64,000 bases of DNA. Source: Nitrospirota bacterium (lineage in GTDB: Bacteria; Nitrospirota; UBA9217). Location: NCBI GenBank assembly GCA_963845065.1, contig CAWJQQ010000001.1, forward strand, positions 1-64,000. Direction: 5' to 3'. Positions 1-10,621 of the stretch are shown here, one piece after another (position 1 is the stretch's first letter; every line of letters begins with the position of its first letter). The notes under the pieces are model-generated. The model saw only the letters and a list, made by a program, of their open reading frames with translations, was not told the origin of the DNA and did no database searches. Position numbers and translations under genes: made by a program.

Positions 1-40
1 AGGCGGGATATTAGCATGAGACAAAGAGTGAGGGACGCTC

Positions 41-480
41 GTGAGCAAACCGCCGAGCAGTCGATTACCGACGCCTGAACTTGCCGAGCTGCCGCAAAAC
101 ATTAGCGAGCGGATCGCCGCGGTGCAGGAGAAGTCGGGCTTCGTTCCCAACGTCTTTCTTGCGCTGGCGCGCCGGCCGGAGGAGTTTCGCGCCTTCTTCG
201 CCTATCATGACGCGCTGATGGAGAAGCCCGGCGGCTTGAGCAAGGCCGAGCGCGAGATGATCGTGGTCGCGACCTCGGGCGTCAACCAATGCCAATATTG
301 CGTCGTCGCCCATGGCGCGATCCTGCGCATCCGGGCGAAGAATCCGCTGATCGCCGATCAGGTCGCGATCAATTATCGCAAGGCGGACCTTGAGCCGAGA
401 CAGAAGGCGATGCTCGATTTCGCCGTCAAGGTCGCCGAGCGCTCGCATGCGATCGACGACGCCGACTACGAAGCCCTGAA
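41..480 (+). pseudogene. AhpD/CMD-family peroxidase-related protein, C-terminus lost at a junction
   Basis: EREMIVVATSGVNQCQYCVVAHG (CxxC-H) AhpD motif; GC-rich sequence ends abruptly at ~480. Confidence 0.8.
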
Positions 481-634
481 GCTCGGTACAGATCCTGAAA
501 AAATAGTAAAAGAGACAGAATCTCTAATGCTTGACCGAATTCGGTATAATGCGATGGCCAGAGCACTGAACCCTTATGGTGATGGACAGGCAGCAGAACG
601 AATTAACAATTTTTTGAATTCTGTTCTGTTGTGA
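481..634 (+). pseudogene. wecB: C-terminal fragment of non-hydrolysing UDP-GlcNAc 2-epimerase (WecB-like)
   Basis: GTDPEKIV...NPYGDGQAAERI is the typical WecB C-terminus; AT-rich like the downstream operon. Confidence 0.75.
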
Positions 635-666
635 GTTAAGATTAATTAGGGAATTACAACTAGTAT

Positions 667-1566
667 ATGATTGAAACAACATCTTGCCCAGTTTGCAATA
701 GTACATCGTGGTCTTATTATTTGAATTCATGCGACTTTCTTCTGACGCATGAGGATTTTAATTTGGTCAAATGCCAAACTTGTGGTGTCATTTTTACCAA
801 TCCTCGTATCTGTGAAAGCACTATTGGTGATTATTACACTCCTGAATATACTTCATATAATGAGCAAAGAAATAATAAGGTTATCAGTTTCATTAAGAAT
901 CTCGTCAAATTTATTTACATTGATAACCATCAAAAAATTATTAAATTGCTGAAAGAACATAATGTGCGGACTGTGCTTGAAGTTGGGCCTGGTAATGGCA
1001 GTCTTCTTAGATCCCTGTATGACAATGGATTTAAGGTTACCGGTATCGAAATTGATAGCTCATGCGTAAATCGCATAAAAGAAATGGGGCTTGATTGTGA
1101 GCAGGGTAAACTTGGAAGTCTCAAGAAATATTTGACCAAGTACGATGCAGTAATTATGTGCCAAGTTTTGGAGCATCTATATCATCCCACAGCTTCATTG
1201 GAAATCATACATTCCATTCTGACAAATAATGGTTTGTTATACATTAGTGTTCCGAATATTTCTTCCTTTGAAGCGCGCTTGTTTAGGAAATATTGGCGTG
1301 GACTTGATTTACCACGGCATATAACACATTTTAATCGCGAAACTATCTGTAGCCTATTGAGTAATTCAGGCTATTCTATTGAAAAAATATCTAATATGTC
1401 ATTCCCATCATCTTTTATAGAAAGTCTTGCTTTTCTATCGACAAAAAAAGGTCGTTTCATTAAATTTGTTTACTTTCCATTGTATTATATTTGGAAAATA
1501 TTCAGTCCACTACATGTTGCAATTCTTGGCTCAGGAATCCTTGAGGTTGTTGTAAGAAGGAGATAG
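667..1566 (+). CDS. Class I SAM-dependent methyltransferase with N-terminal Zn-ribbon
   Basis: CPVC/CQTC, LEVGPGNG motif I, VLEHLYHP, LDLPRHITHF. Confidence 0.85.
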   Translation: MIETTSCPVCNSTSWSYYLNSCDFLLTHEDFNLVKCQTCGVIFTNPRICESTIGDYYTPEYTSYNEQRNNKVISFIKNLVKFIYIDNHQKIIKLLKEHNVRTVLEVGPGNGSLLRSLYDNGFKVTGIEIDSSCVNRIKEMGLDCEQGKLGSLKKYLTKYDAVIMCQVLEHLYHPTASLEIIHSILTNNGLLYISVPNISSFEARLFRKYWRGLDLPRHITHFNRETICSLLSNSGYSIEKISNMSFPSSFIESLAFLSTKKGRFIKFVYFPLYYIWKIFSPLHVAILGSGILEVVVRRR

Positions 1567-1571
1567 CCACC

Positions 1572-2609
1572 ATGCCAGATAAGTCTAATCATTTTAGGAT
1601 ATTGATTTATGGTGAACCGTTTGAATGGGCAATGGCACATAATGTTGTGGAAGCTTGTGCAGAACTAGGGCACGTAGCACTGATTTTTGACTATACTAAG
1701 TACTTATACAGGACAAAGAAGTTCACACTAACAAATAGAGTACTAGATCGATTATTATTTAATTCAGTCGCAAAGAAAATTAATACTGACTTGATTAATG
1801 CTATTAGAGACCGTAGTTTTGATATTTTGCTAATTATGAAAGGGATACACCTATTACCTGATACAATCACTGAAGCTAAAAGGTATGTATCATATGTAGT
1901 CAATTGGAATCCGGACGACTTTTTTAACCCTTTGAATAATTCAAAATATCTTCTTGGTGCCTTTAACAAATATGATTGCATATTTACTTCAAGGTCTCAT
2001 CTTGTAGAAGAATATCGGTTTAAGGGGGCGAAGAGGGTTGAAATGCTTCACTGGTATTTTCTTCCAAAGATGCAGTATCCAGTGAGCATTTCGGAAGAGG
2101 CAAAGAAACAATTTGGGAGTGATCTTGTATTTATCGGAACATGGAGTAAACGACGTGAGGAGTTCTTGGGCGCATTAAGTAACTTGAATCTGCGTATTTG
2201 GGGAAGTCATTGGCACAGGGCAAGCAAGGTGTTCAGAAATACGATTGATTGTCGTCAGCCCATATTTGGCGAAGAAATGTGCAAAGCTATTTGCTCATCA
2301 AAGATAAATATAAATATTTTGACTGTTGAAAACCGAGATACAACAAATGTCAGAAATTTTGAAATACCGGCTTGTAGCGGTTTTCAGCTTTGCGAGCGGT
2401 CGCCTGCAATTATGCAGTTGTTTGAGGAGGGAAAGGAAATCGCTTTTTACTCAACTCCCGAAGAGTTGGTAAGTCAGTGCGAATATTATCTTAGTAATGA
2501 GATAGAGATAAACCAAATAAGAAAACAGGGTCACCAAAGGTTGATCAATGGCCACCACACCATGAAAGACAGAGTAGCGACTATTGTTACGACAATTATG
2601 AAAATATGA
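1572..2609 (+). CDS. CgeB-like glycosyltransferase
   Basis: DLVFIGT, NVRNFEIPACSGFQL, LFEEGKEIAFY. Confidence 0.8.
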   Translation: MPDKSNHFRILIYGEPFEWAMAHNVVEACAELGHVALIFDYTKYLYRTKKFTLTNRVLDRLLFNSVAKKINTDLINAIRDRSFDILLIMKGIHLLPDTITEAKRYVSYVVNWNPDDFFNPLNNSKYLLGAFNKYDCIFTSRSHLVEEYRFKGAKRVEMLHWYFLPKMQYPVSISEEAKKQFGSDLVFIGTWSKRREEFLGALSNLNLRIWGSHWHRASKVFRNTIDCRQPIFGEEMCKAICSSKININILTVENRDTTNVRNFEIPACSGFQLCERSPAIMQLFEEGKEIAFYSTPEELVSQCEYYLSNEIEINQIRKQGHQRLINGHHTMKDRVATIVTTIMKI

Positions 2610-3526
2610 TTGATAATACATTGACAAATAATGAAAACTCTTCCCCACCAGTTTATGTGATAATACCCAACAAAAATGGTAAAGTGCATCTTTCTTACTC
2701 CCTACCCTCGCTATTCAGCACAAACTACGACAATTACCACGTGGTGCTTGTTGATGACGACTCAAACGACGATTCGTTAGAATATGTAGCGAGTAATTTT
2801 AGGAAGGTTACTATACTAAAAAGTATCGGGAAAAGAGGCTTTGCTGGTACGGTTAATACAGGAATAAAGCATGCTTTGTCTTCCGGAGCAGCATATATTG
2901 CCATATTTAACAGTGATATTAAAGTGTTGTCTGAGTGGCTCAACATGGTATTGCCGATATTTGCAAGAGAACAAAATGTCGGTCTTGTCGGCTTTACTGA
3001 AATAACTAAAGAGCGTGAAGAGCTATTTTATAATTTCACTGTTGCTGGCACTACCGTAAATTACAATAATGTACGAAACCTGGCCGGATGCTTGTATCTC
3101 TGTACGGATGCTGCTTTTAAAAAAATAGGCCTATTTGATGAAGATTATTTTATGTATGGTGAAGACAATGATTTTTTCTTCAGACTAAAAAGCGCCGGGT
3201 TTAAGCTTTTAGAAACGCATGTTCCCGTATGGCACTATGGTGAAGGATCTTCTCATGATAACAAGCTGTTGATTACTTGGCTTGCCTACCGTAATGCACT
3301 TCGTTTTGCCATCAAAAATGAAAACCTCTTTAGAGTTTTTCGAATGATATTGTCTCTTACCAATCAGGGCTGCAATCCGTTCATAAGAAAACCTGCCGAT
3401 CACCCCGTTTTTAAGAGAATGCGTAGATACAATCCTGTATTTAACATATGTCTTCTTTTAGGGAGTTGTACCTGGAATTTATGGCATCTTGGTTCGACCA
3501 TTAAATCTCGAGTGGTGCGAACATGA
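2606..3526 (+). CDS. Glycosyltransferase family 2
   Basis: VLVDDDSNDDS, GFAGTVNTG, GLFDEDYFMYGEDND. Confidence 0.9.
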   Translation: MIDNTLTNNENSSPPVYVIIPNKNGKVHLSYSLPSLFSTNYDNYHVVLVDDDSNDDSLEYVASNFRKVTILKSIGKRGFAGTVNTGIKHALSSGAAYIAIFNSDIKVLSEWLNMVLPIFAREQNVGLVGFTEITKEREELFYNFTVAGTTVNYNNVRNLAGCLYLCTDAAFKKIGLFDEDYFMYGEDNDFFFRLKSAGFKLLETHVPVWHYGEGSSHDNKLLITWLAYRNALRFAIKNENLFRVFRMILSLTNQGCNPFIRKPADHPVFKRMRRYNPVFNICLLLGSCTWNLWHLGSTIKSRVVRT

Positions 3527-3568
3527 CTCAGGAAGAATCTTTTTTATTTTTAGCATAACAGATAAATT

Positions 3569-4642
3569 ATGAGACTTATAGTTTACGCCGTAAATGTTCA
3601 CCAGGGTGGTGGCGCTGTTTTGCTAAATGCTTTGCTGTCCTCTCTTAATCAGGATGATGTTTCTTGGATTGCTTTCTTGGATAGTCGCCTTAAGCTCTCT
3701 GAAACCTTATCTGCTAAAATCCAGGTTAATCGTGTAACGTCAAGTATTCATAATCGGCTATTAGCCGAACGAACACTAAGAAGTAGTGTTAAAGATGATG
3801 ATGTTGTGTTGTTTTTTGGTAACCTGCCACCACTATTTAAATTAAAGGTCAAGACAATACTTTTTATACAGAATAGATATTTAATCGACAACATAAACAT
3901 AAAACATTTTAATGCTAAAATGAGATTGCGAATTACTTTTGAAAGAATATGGTTAAAAATATTTTACAAGAATATTGACACAATCATTGTGCAAACGCCG
4001 AGCATGCGAAATTGCGTGTTAAATCATTTAGGTTTGAATGCTGCAATTTTGCCTTTTATGGACACAACAAATGCTTATAGACGTTCCGCTTCAAAAATTA
4101 AAAGTGCCAATGTAACAAAATATGATTTTCTCTATGTTGCATCAGGAGAACCACACAAAAATCATAAACAACTTGTTGAAGCATGGGTGATACTAGCCGC
4201 CGAAAGTATTTACCCTATACTTTGTTTGACATTACATGAGGAAAATAACCGCCAATTGGTTAAGTGGATTAACGATATGGTACTGAAATATGATCTTAAG
4301 ATTACAAATGCAGGTTTTGTAGCTCAATCCGCACTCGCGGAGCTTTATAAACAAACTAAGGCTTTAATTTATCCTTCAACTTTTGAATCATTTGGACTTC
4401 CGCTAATTGAAGCCAGAGATGCGAATCTTGCAATACTTGCTTCAGAGCTTGATTATGTGCGGGATATTCTGGACCCTGAACAGACGTTTGAACCTTCATC
4501 ACCAAGGTCTATTGCTAGGGCTGTCAAACGTTTTCTAGGTTATGATGAGAAGGTCTTACCTTTGGTAGATCCCAAATCGTTCTTAAAATTTTGTATGAGT
4601 GAATTACCCCGCAGCAGAGCTGCGGGGCATCAAAACCGATAG
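3569..4642 (+). CDS. Glycosyltransferase family 4
   Basis: EPHKNH, YPSTFESFGLPLIEA; last ~14 codons come from the inserted palindromic element. Confidence 0.85.
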   Translation: MRLIVYAVNVHQGGGAVLLNALLSSLNQDDVSWIAFLDSRLKLSETLSAKIQVNRVTSSIHNRLLAERTLRSSVKDDDVVLFFGNLPPLFKLKVKTILFIQNRYLIDNINIKHFNAKMRLRITFERIWLKIFYKNIDTIIVQTPSMRNCVLNHLGLNAAILPFMDTTNAYRRSASKIKSANVTKYDFLYVASGEPHKNHKQLVEAWVILAAESIYPILCLTLHEENNRQLVKWINDMVLKYDLKITNAGFVAQSALAELYKQTKALIYPSTFESFGLPLIEARDANLAILASELDYVRDILDPEQTFEPSSPRSIARAVKRFLGYDEKVLPLVDPKSFLKFCMSELPRSRAAGHQNR

Positions 4643-4724
4643 AACCTAAAACCAATCAGATTCTTATCCTGACTTCGTCAGGATTGTCCTTTTCATCCCA
4701 GCAGTAGAACTGCTGGATATTCAA
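4599..4724 (+). mobile_element. Short palindromic non-autonomous element (IS200/IS605-end-like, PATE/MITE type)
   Basis: Hairpins CCCCGCAGC-AGA-GCTGCGGGG (4607-4627), ATCCTGAC-TTC-GTCAGGAT (4666-4684), CCAGCAGT-AGA-ACTGCTGG (4698-4716); ends in TTCAA. Confidence 0.55.
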
Positions 4725-4759
4725 GGATAGGTTTTATAAAAAGAACTAAGGAGATAAAC

Positions 4760-5788
4760 ATGTTCCGCGGAAAAGTCTTATTAATTACAGGTGGCACCGG
4801 TTCTTTCGGAAATGCTGTACTACACCGTTTTCTTCATACCGACATAAAGGAGATTCGCGTTTTCAGCCGCGACGAAAAAAAGCAGGAAGATATGCGGATT
4901 GAACTCAATAACAGCAAAGTCAAGTTCTACATTGGTGATGTTCGTAATTATGACAGTGTATATACTGCAATGGATAGCGTTGACTTTGTCTTCCATGCTG
5001 CTGCTCTGAAGCAGGTACCTTCCTGCGAATTCTATCCTATGGAGGCAGTGCGCACTAATATTTTAGGTACTGAGAATGTCATGGATGTAGCACTTGCCCG
5101 TGGTGTAAAAAAAGTTATTGCCTTGAGTACTGACAAAGCGGTCTATCCCATTAATGCGATGGGTATCTCTAAGGCGATGATGGAAAAACTGATGGTGGCC
5201 AAAGCTCGTATGATTGATGAAAGCAGGACGGTATTTTCCGGAACTCGCTATGGCAATGTCATGGCGTCTCGTGGTTCGGTTATTCCATTGTTTGTCAAAC
5301 AGATTAAAGAAGGTAAGCCACTTACGATCACCGATCCTAATATGACTCGCTTTCTGATGTCGCTAGACGATGCACTTGACCTTGTATTGTACGCATTCAG
5401 CAATGCCCAGCAAGGGGATATATTCGTTCAGAAGGCTCCGGCGTCCACCATCATGGATTTAGCCCTGGCAGTACGACAACTGTTCAATGCTGGCAACGAA
5501 ATACGCATTATTGGCACACGTCACGGAGAAAAGCTGTACGAGACGCTTTTGACTCGTGAAGAAATGGCTAAGGTAGAAGACCTAGGCGATTACTACCGCA
5601 TCATCCCAGACGACCGAGATCTGAATTATGGAAAGTATTTTACTGAAGGTCAGGAACAGATATCACAGCTAGAAGATTACAACTCCCACAATACTCAAAG
5701 GTTAACTGTTCCGGAAATTAAGGATAATCTGATGAAACTGGATTTCATTCAGCAGGAACTTAGTGGAGGTGTCGGGTGCGAATACTGA
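4760..5788 (+). CDS. fnlA: UDP-GlcNAc 4,6-dehydratase/5-epimerase (FnlA/CapE/WbjB)
   Basis: ITGGTGSFG, FSRDEKKQEDMR, HAAALKQVPSCEFYP, STDKAVYPINAMG, DYNSHNT. Confidence 0.9.
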   Translation: MFRGKVLLITGGTGSFGNAVLHRFLHTDIKEIRVFSRDEKKQEDMRIELNNSKVKFYIGDVRNYDSVYTAMDSVDFVFHAAALKQVPSCEFYPMEAVRTNILGTENVMDVALARGVKKVIALSTDKAVYPINAMGISKAMMEKLMVAKARMIDESRTVFSGTRYGNVMASRGSVIPLFVKQIKEGKPLTITDPNMTRFLMSLDDALDLVLYAFSNAQQGDIFVQKAPASTIMDLALAVRQLFNAGNEIRIIGTRHGEKLYETLLTREEMAKVEDLGDYYRIIPDDRDLNYGKYFTEGQEQISQLEDYNSHNTQRLTVPEIKDNLMKLDFIQQELSGGVGCEY

Positions 5789-6621
5789 TTCTAGGTGGTG
5801 ATGGCATGCTCGGTCATCAATTATATACTCACCTGCAACATCAACACGATGTGAAGGTTACTCTGCGTCAGGATTTTGCGTTATATACTTCATATGGCAT
5901 ATTTAGCAAAAAAAATGCTTACGACGCTATCGACATCCGCTCACTGGAAAGGCTTGTGGAGGTAATGTCCGATTTTCGGCCTGAGGCGGTTGTCAACGCA
6001 GTTGGTATTGTCAAACAAAGGCCGGATGCAAAGGAAAGTATCCCCAGTTTAGAGGTCAATGCTCTTTTACCCCACAGGCTGGCTGTTCTGTGCAAAGGGA
6101 TCGGGGCTAGGCTTGTTCACCTGAGTACCGACTGCATTTTTTCTGGCAAGAAGGGGAACTACCTGGAGAGTGACGCTTCCGACGCCGAAGACCTGTACGG
6201 TAAGACCAAATTTCTGGGTGAGGTTCACGACAGGAACTGTCTAACGTTGCGCACTTCAATCATTGGCCATGAACTTTCTCGTCATAAAAGCCTACTGGAT
6301 TGGTTTCTTGCTCAGAAAGGCCCGATAAAGGGATATACCAATGCAATTTACACAGGATTTACCACCTTGGAAATGAGCCGGATCATTGAGAAAATGCTTC
6401 TTGAATTTCCTAACGAATCGGGAGTCTATCAAGTTTCCAGCGATCCGATCAGTAAGTACGACCTACTGCTCCTGTTTAGAGAAAAGCTGAGACATGATAT
6501 TGAGATAATTCCTGACGATAGCTTGAGCTGTGATCGCAGCCTCAACTCAAGCCGCTTCCGTTCCGAGTTCAATTATACACCCCCATCTTGGCCTACTATG
6601 ATCGAGGAGCTTCGTGTATGA
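5776..6621 (+). CDS. SDR sugar-nucleotide reductase (RmlD-like), likely second step of the L-FucNAc/L-QuiNAc pathway
   Basis: LGGDGMLG, HLSTDCIFSG, YGKTK; lies between fnlA and fnlC. Confidence 0.8.
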   Translation: MRILILGGDGMLGHQLYTHLQHQHDVKVTLRQDFALYTSYGIFSKKNAYDAIDIRSLERLVEVMSDFRPEAVVNAVGIVKQRPDAKESIPSLEVNALLPHRLAVLCKGIGARLVHLSTDCIFSGKKGNYLESDASDAEDLYGKTKFLGEVHDRNCLTLRTSIIGHELSRHKSLLDWFLAQKGPIKGYTNAIYTGFTTLEMSRIIEKMLLEFPNESGVYQVSSDPISKYDLLLLFREKLRHDIEIIPDDSLSCDRSLNSSRFRSEFNYTPPSWPTMIEELRV

Positions 6622-7751
6622 CCATCAAGGTTATGACCATTGTCGGTACACGACCAGAAATCATAAAACTGAGCAGGGTTATGAGCGAACTTGATCAGCA
6701 TGTGACGCATATTCTGGTACATTCCGGCCAGAACTACGACTATGAGTTGAATGAGATTTTTTTCATCGAGATGGAGATAAGGAAACCCAACTACTTTTTA
6801 GATGTTGTTGGTGAGAGCGTAGCACAAACCATTGGCAACATCATCGCAAAGACCGATTCCGTGCTTGCAAAGGAACACCCAGATGCCCTTCTACTGCTAG
6901 GGGATACGAACAGTTGCCTAGCCGCCATCGCCGCAAAACGACGTAAAATTCCTATCTTTCACATGGAAGCAGGTAACCGCTGCTTTGACCTGAGAGTACC
7001 GGAAGAGATTAACCGCAAGATCGTTGACCATATCAGCGACATTAATATGACCTATACGGAACACGCCCGTCGCTATCTGCTGGCAGAAGGTATGCGTCCA
7101 GAAATGATCATTAAGACCGGATCTCCCATGAAGGAGGTGCTTAAACATTACCGGAAACAGATTGATGCCTCGGATGTCATGGAGCAGCTAGGGCTACGGA
7201 AAAGAGCATATTTTCTTGTAAGCGCTCACCGTGAGGAGAATGTAGACAGCGAAATCAATTTTGCTGATCTGCTGCGTTCACTCACCGCCATTGTTGAACT
7301 GTATGATAAACCCGTGATAGTTTCCACTCATCCACGCACCAGAAAAAGAATCGAAGAAACAGGCACTATAGGTCTTGATACCCGAATTCATTTTATGAAA
7401 CCACTCGGCTTCCCGGCCTATGTGCAATTGCAGATTAACGCAGCCTGTGTCATATCCGACAGCGGTACCATAACAGAAGAAGCTTCCATTCTCGGTTTTC
7501 CGGCAATTACCATTCGCCAGACCCACGAACGTCCGGAGGGGATGGACGAGGGAACGCTGATCATGTGTGGGCTTAAAGCGGAAACTGTCTTGAAGGCCTT
7601 GGAGGTTGTGATGTCTCAATTCAAGGAACTCCATGGACGATTCAGAACTGTGGAAGATTATGATACAGACAATGTTTCACAGAAAGTACTTCGAATCATT
7701 CTCAGCTATACAGACTACGTGAATCGGAATGTATGGAAGAAGCCCGTTTAG
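6618..7751 (+). CDS. fnlC: UDP-N-acetylhexosamine 2-epimerase (FnlC/CapG/WbjD)
   Basis: VGTRPEIIKL, HSGQNYD, HMEAGNRCFD, DSGTITEE; ATG overlaps the upstream TGA. Confidence 0.85.
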   Translation: MTIKVMTIVGTRPEIIKLSRVMSELDQHVTHILVHSGQNYDYELNEIFFIEMEIRKPNYFLDVVGESVAQTIGNIIAKTDSVLAKEHPDALLLLGDTNSCLAAIAAKRRKIPIFHMEAGNRCFDLRVPEEINRKIVDHISDINMTYTEHARRYLLAEGMRPEMIIKTGSPMKEVLKHYRKQIDASDVMEQLGLRKRAYFLVSAHREENVDSEINFADLLRSLTAIVELYDKPVIVSTHPRTRKRIEETGTIGLDTRIHFMKPLGFPAYVQLQINAACVISDSGTITEEASILGFPAITIRQTHERPEGMDEGTLIMCGLKAETVLKALEVVMSQFKELHGRFRTVEDYDTDNVSQKVLRIILSYTDYVNRNVWKKPV

Positions 7752-8990
7752 ATGAACATTCTCATCGTTACCCAATATTTCTGGCCTGAAAATTTTCGAA
7801 TAAACGATGTTGCTTTGGGTTTGCTTGAACGTGATCACAAAGTAACAGTACTGACCGGAAGTCCAAACTATCCAAGTGGTAAGTTTTTTGATGGTTATGG
7901 TTATTTCAATAAACAACAGGATTATCACGGCGCTAAAGTTTTACGTGTACCATTAATCCCTAGAGGCAATGGGGGAGGATTACGATTAACTCTTAACTAT
8001 ATCTCTTTCGCAGTAACAGCAAGCATTGTTGGGCCTTTACTCTGCGACAATAATTATGACCTAATTTTTGTTTTTGAACCATCTCCAATTACAGTTGGAA
8101 TACCAGCGATCATTCTAAAAACGTTAAAGTCTGCTCCCGTGCTATTTTGGGTTCAGGATTTATGGCCGGAAAGTTTATCTGCCACTGGCGCGGTAAAGTC
8201 AAAAAGGCTTTTAGCAATTATTGAAAAATTAGTTAAATCCATTTACAAAAGATGCGATAGGATACTTATTCAATCAAGATCTTTTTTTGATTCGATAGTA
8301 CAGCAAGGTGGCAGCCAGGACCGGATATTGTATTTCCCAAATAGTGCTGAAAATCTGTTCGATAAAAAATTGCCTATTTCTAAGAATGTATCGTTGTTAG
8401 TGGACGGTTTCAAGATAATGTTTGCGGGTAACATCGGCGCAGCACAGGATTTCGGAACAATAATTGCTGCGGCAAAATTGCTGGAAGGTTATAAGGATAT
8501 TCATTGGATGATTGTTGGTGATGGCCGAAAGCGAGAATGGGCAGAAACAGAGGTTATGAAGCTAGGGTTGAGTAATAATTTTCACTTTCTCGGGCGACAT
8601 CCTATTGAAGCTATGCCAGCTTTTTTTTCGAATGCCGATGTCCTGCTGGTAACATTAAAAAAAGAACCTATTTTTGCATTGACAATCCCTTCTAAAATCC
8701 AATCTTATCTTGCTTGTGGGAAACCTGTGATCGCAGCCATTGATGGTGAAGGCACGCGCATAATTGAAGAGGCTGGCAGCGGCTTTACTTGTCCTGCAGA
8801 AGTTCCTGACTTGTTTGCACAAACAGTGATAAAGATGTATAAGACCCCGAAAGCAGAGCGCGATAAAATGGGTATGAGTGGAAGAGCATATTATGAATCA
8901 AACTTTAGCAGAAATATGTTATTAGACAAACTAGTCCTGTGGATGAAAGAGCTGGTTGATGCTAACAGAGAAAAGGTATCTTGTTTATGA
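7752..8990 (+). CDS. GT4 glycosyltransferase, WbuB-like
   Basis: TQYFWPENF, PNYPSG, WVQDLWPES, TIPSKIQSYLACGKP. Confidence 0.85.
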   Translation: MNILIVTQYFWPENFRINDVALGLLERDHKVTVLTGSPNYPSGKFFDGYGYFNKQQDYHGAKVLRVPLIPRGNGGGLRLTLNYISFAVTASIVGPLLCDNNYDLIFVFEPSPITVGIPAIILKTLKSAPVLFWVQDLWPESLSATGAVKSKRLLAIIEKLVKSIYKRCDRILIQSRSFFDSIVQQGGSQDRILYFPNSAENLFDKKLPISKNVSLLVDGFKIMFAGNIGAAQDFGTIIAAAKLLEGYKDIHWMIVGDGRKREWAETEVMKLGLSNNFHFLGRHPIEAMPAFFSNADVLLVTLKKEPIFALTIPSKIQSYLACGKPVIAAIDGEGTRIIEEAGSGFTCPAEVPDLFAQTVIKMYKTPKAERDKMGMSGRAYYESNFSRNMLLDKLVLWMKELVDANREKVSCL

Positions 8991-9956
8991 TAAAACACAG
9001 TATACATGTGTTAGTCACTGGCGCCTCAGGTTTTATCGGAAGTTTTTTATGTAAACGTCTATTAACAGAAGGTCGGAATGTGCGCGGAACAATGCTCTCC
9101 TCAAAAAATTCAACCTCTCTCGTTGCGGGAGTGGAATCGGTGATTGTTAAATCGCTAGGGGCTGAAACATCCTGGGAGGAGACCCTCGCAGGTATTGACA
9201 CGGTGGTCCATCTTGCCGCTCGCGTTCACATCATGGGTGATCTTTCCTCCAATCCCCTTGAAGAGTTCCGCAAGGTGAATGTCGGAGGCACACTGAAACT
9301 GGCGAGAGATGCTGTGAACGCAGGAGTCAAGCGGTTTATCTTTATCAGTTCGATAAAAGTGAACGGAGAGGAATCCCCAGTTGCCTATACTGAAAAAAGT
9401 GGCTCTAATCCACAGGATGCATATGCGATTAGTAAATGGGAAGCAGAACAAATACTACATCAAATAGCTGCTGAAACTGGGATGGAAATTGTTATCATAA
9501 GACCACCGCTTGTTTATGGCCCCGGAGTTAAGGCTAATTTTCTTCAGTTGCTTAATATCGTAACACGTGGCATACCTCTGCCTTTTGCAGGGGTATGTAA
9601 TCGTCGCAGTTTGATATTTGTTGAGAATCTGGTTGATGCCATCATCGCTTGCATAGAACGCCCAGAAGCTGCCGGTACAAACTTACTTGGTTAGTGATAG
9701 AGATGATGTTTCAACGGCAGAATTGATCCGTCGAACAGCGCATGCTCTGGGGAAACAAGTGCGACTTTTCCCGTTTCCTACAAATGTCATGCGACTGACC
9801 TGCAAGGTTCTTGGCCAGCCTGCGGCCTGTGATCGGCTACTTGGATCCCTTATGATTGATTCTTACAAAATTCGTAATGAACTTGGGTGGAAACCTCCGT
9901 ACACAATGGAGGAGGGGCTTAAGAAAACAGCCGAATGGTTTACACGCCAGTTTTAA
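8981..9956 (+). pseudogene. NAD-dependent epimerase/dehydratase, frameshifted near 9677
   Basis: VTGASGFIG and YAISK in ORF 8981-9694; C-terminus (YLVSD...LGWKPP) continues in the next frame. Confidence 0.85.
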
Positions 9957-10060
9957 GTTATGAGTGATGAACTCGGAGTTTAGGACGAACGATAGTCCAT
10001 AGTTCAAAGGCTGTTTTGAGCTGCCATAAAAAAGGGAAATAAAATAGAAAGACCGAAAAA

Positions 10061-10621
10061 ATGAAAAGACTATTCGATTCTATCACAGCATTGAGTCTTT
10101 TGATTGTTTTAGGTGTGCCAATGCTGCTTGTTGCAATAATACTGAAACTAACTTCAAATGGACCGGTTTTATACTGGTCCGATAGAGTTGGGAAAGGCAA
10201 TATTTTTTTTAAGATGCCGAAGTACCGTACAATGAGAAGCGATACTCCCACGGTCGCGACGCATCTTCTATCCAACGCAGACATTTATTTAACGCCCATC
10301 GGTAAATTTCTCCGCAAATCAAGCCTTGATGAACTGCCTCAGCTATTTTCTATTATAAAGGGCGACATGAGCTTTGTTGGCCCACGTCCTGCATTATATA
10401 ATCAGGATGATCTAATTGCTCTGCGTACGGAAAAGGGGATTCAGGTTCTAACTCCTGGTCTCACAGGATGGGCGCAAATTAACGGTAGGGACGAAATTCC
10501 CATCCCCGTCAAAGTAGAATTCGACACATACTACTTGAAACATCGCTCATTCCTATTCGACCTGAAGATTATCTTCATGACTTTTTTTAAAGTGCTGAAA
10601 AAGGAAGGAGTGACGCATTGA
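10061..10621 (+). CDS. Initiating sugar (phosphoglycosyl) transferase
   Basis: KYRTM, LRKSSLDELPQL, GDMSFVGPRP, PGLTGWAQING. Confidence 0.9.
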   Translation: MKRLFDSITALSLLIVLGVPMLLVAIILKLTSNGPVLYWSDRVGKGNIFFKMPKYRTMRSDTPTVATHLLSNADIYLTPIGKFLRKSSLDELPQLFSIIKGDMSFVGPRPALYNQDDLIALRTEKGIQVLTPGLTGWAQINGRDEIPIPVKVEFDTYYLKHRSFLFDLKIIFMTFFKVLKKEGVTH

